A stretch of DNA of 64,000 nucleotides from Narcine bancroftii. Lineage: Eukaryota. How positions within the stretch are numbered: position 1 is the first letter of the stretch; every line of letters starts with the position of its first letter. Positions 63,300 to 64,000 of the stretch are shown one piece after another. Position numbers and translations under genes: made by a program. Under the pieces are notes generated by a model, which was given only the letters and a program-made list of their open reading frames with translations, was not told the DNA's origin and did not search any database. The stretch spans positions 59,210,001-59,274,000 of the forward strand of contig NC_091472.1 of assembly GCF_036971445.1 (NCBI RefSeq), given 5' to 3'.

Positions 63300-64000
63300 C
63301 ATCTCGGAGACGATTAGCGCTGTGGAACCGTACTGCCACCCGTGTTCGATGCGTTGCTGGGAGTAGTACCAAGGCGTTCAAAATTAGATGCTTCAAATGA
63401 CATGAAACCATTATCCGATCTGAACTTCAGGTGGTTTGAGCTCGAGTATGTCCAATTTGTTATTGCATCTCAGGTGAAAAATGCCAGACAATGTCACAAG
63501 GAAGAAGCAAATCTTTCCATTGTCCTGGCTGACAGTGATCTTGACCACGAACATACTTAGTGGCGGCTGCCACTTTGGCGCATTTAGGTTTAAATTGCGG
63601 TCGTGATTTCGGTGCAAAACAACCCGAGTGACCACTTTAGAAGTTGTGAAGGTGTTGGATTAAACACTTTTCCGGATAGGCTTGAATATAAATCAGAACG
63701 CGACTGAAAATCATGTGAAATCACAAGCTGGAATGTCCTGACCTGTAATCATAATCTGACCATGGTCTTGCTATTACTTCAGGGTAGTTCTGAAATCTTG
63801 ATTAAAGGTCTGCGCTACTCTCGCCACTTTCACTTGTCGGGCTCGGGGTCAGTGTCAATGCTGGGGTTCAGAGACTCTGAAGTTCAGTATCTTGTGTTCA
63901 ATGTAAACTGAAAGTAAGTGTGGGGGTGGGGGGGGGTGGGGGTTATACTCACAGCTTACTGAAGCCTTCGGGAAAATCCTTTGGAACGCGATCGACTTTG
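63300..64000. promoter_or_regulatory. CpG-retaining segment with no recognised repeat (possible CpG-island edge or exon)
   Basis: About 28 CpGs in 700 bp by manual count, far above the surrounding unique DNA; splice-donor-like motifs near the end. Confidence 0.4.

Noticed and set aside
63250-63317. Terminal coding exon after ttctttccag (LDEMRCLLQHFKHLGDD-stop)
   Set aside because: ctttccagtcttgatga also matches PLE termini seen elsewhere here; peptide not recognised and no upstream exons found.
1-64000. CRISPR array, prokaryotic operon or endogenous non-retroviral virus
   Set aside because: No regular repeat-spacer pattern, no gene-dense region and no viral hallmark proteins or env gene recognised.

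Overview
Vertebrate (very likely cartilaginous fish, ray-like) genomic DNA: AT-rich, CpG-depleted and dense with decayed retrotransposons. I could not identify any intact host protein-coding gene, RNA gene or CRISPR array; nearly all long ORFs are TE fragments or their antisense shadows. Main contents: (1) a decayed ~8 kb Gmr1-type Ty3/Gypsy provirus (11841-19835; gag/SCAN-like, protease, integrase BEFORE RT-RNaseH) whose 5' LTR was broken and repaired by copying ~2 kb of upstream DNA that included a neighbouring LTR; (2) two further Gypsy remnants and several solo LTRs; (3) two young 5'-truncated RTE LINEs with TSDs, one with a twin-priming-type 5' inversion; (4) a near full-length CR1 plus many CR1, Rex1/Babar, L1 and L2 fragments; (5) Penelope-like element pieces with decayed hammerhead-ribozyme cores; (6) V-SINE (HE1-like) copies; (7) repeat-free AT-rich blocks that may be conserved non-coding elements, and a CpG-retaining segment at the right edge. 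Family names come from recognised motifs, not database searches, and boundaries of old fragments are approximate.
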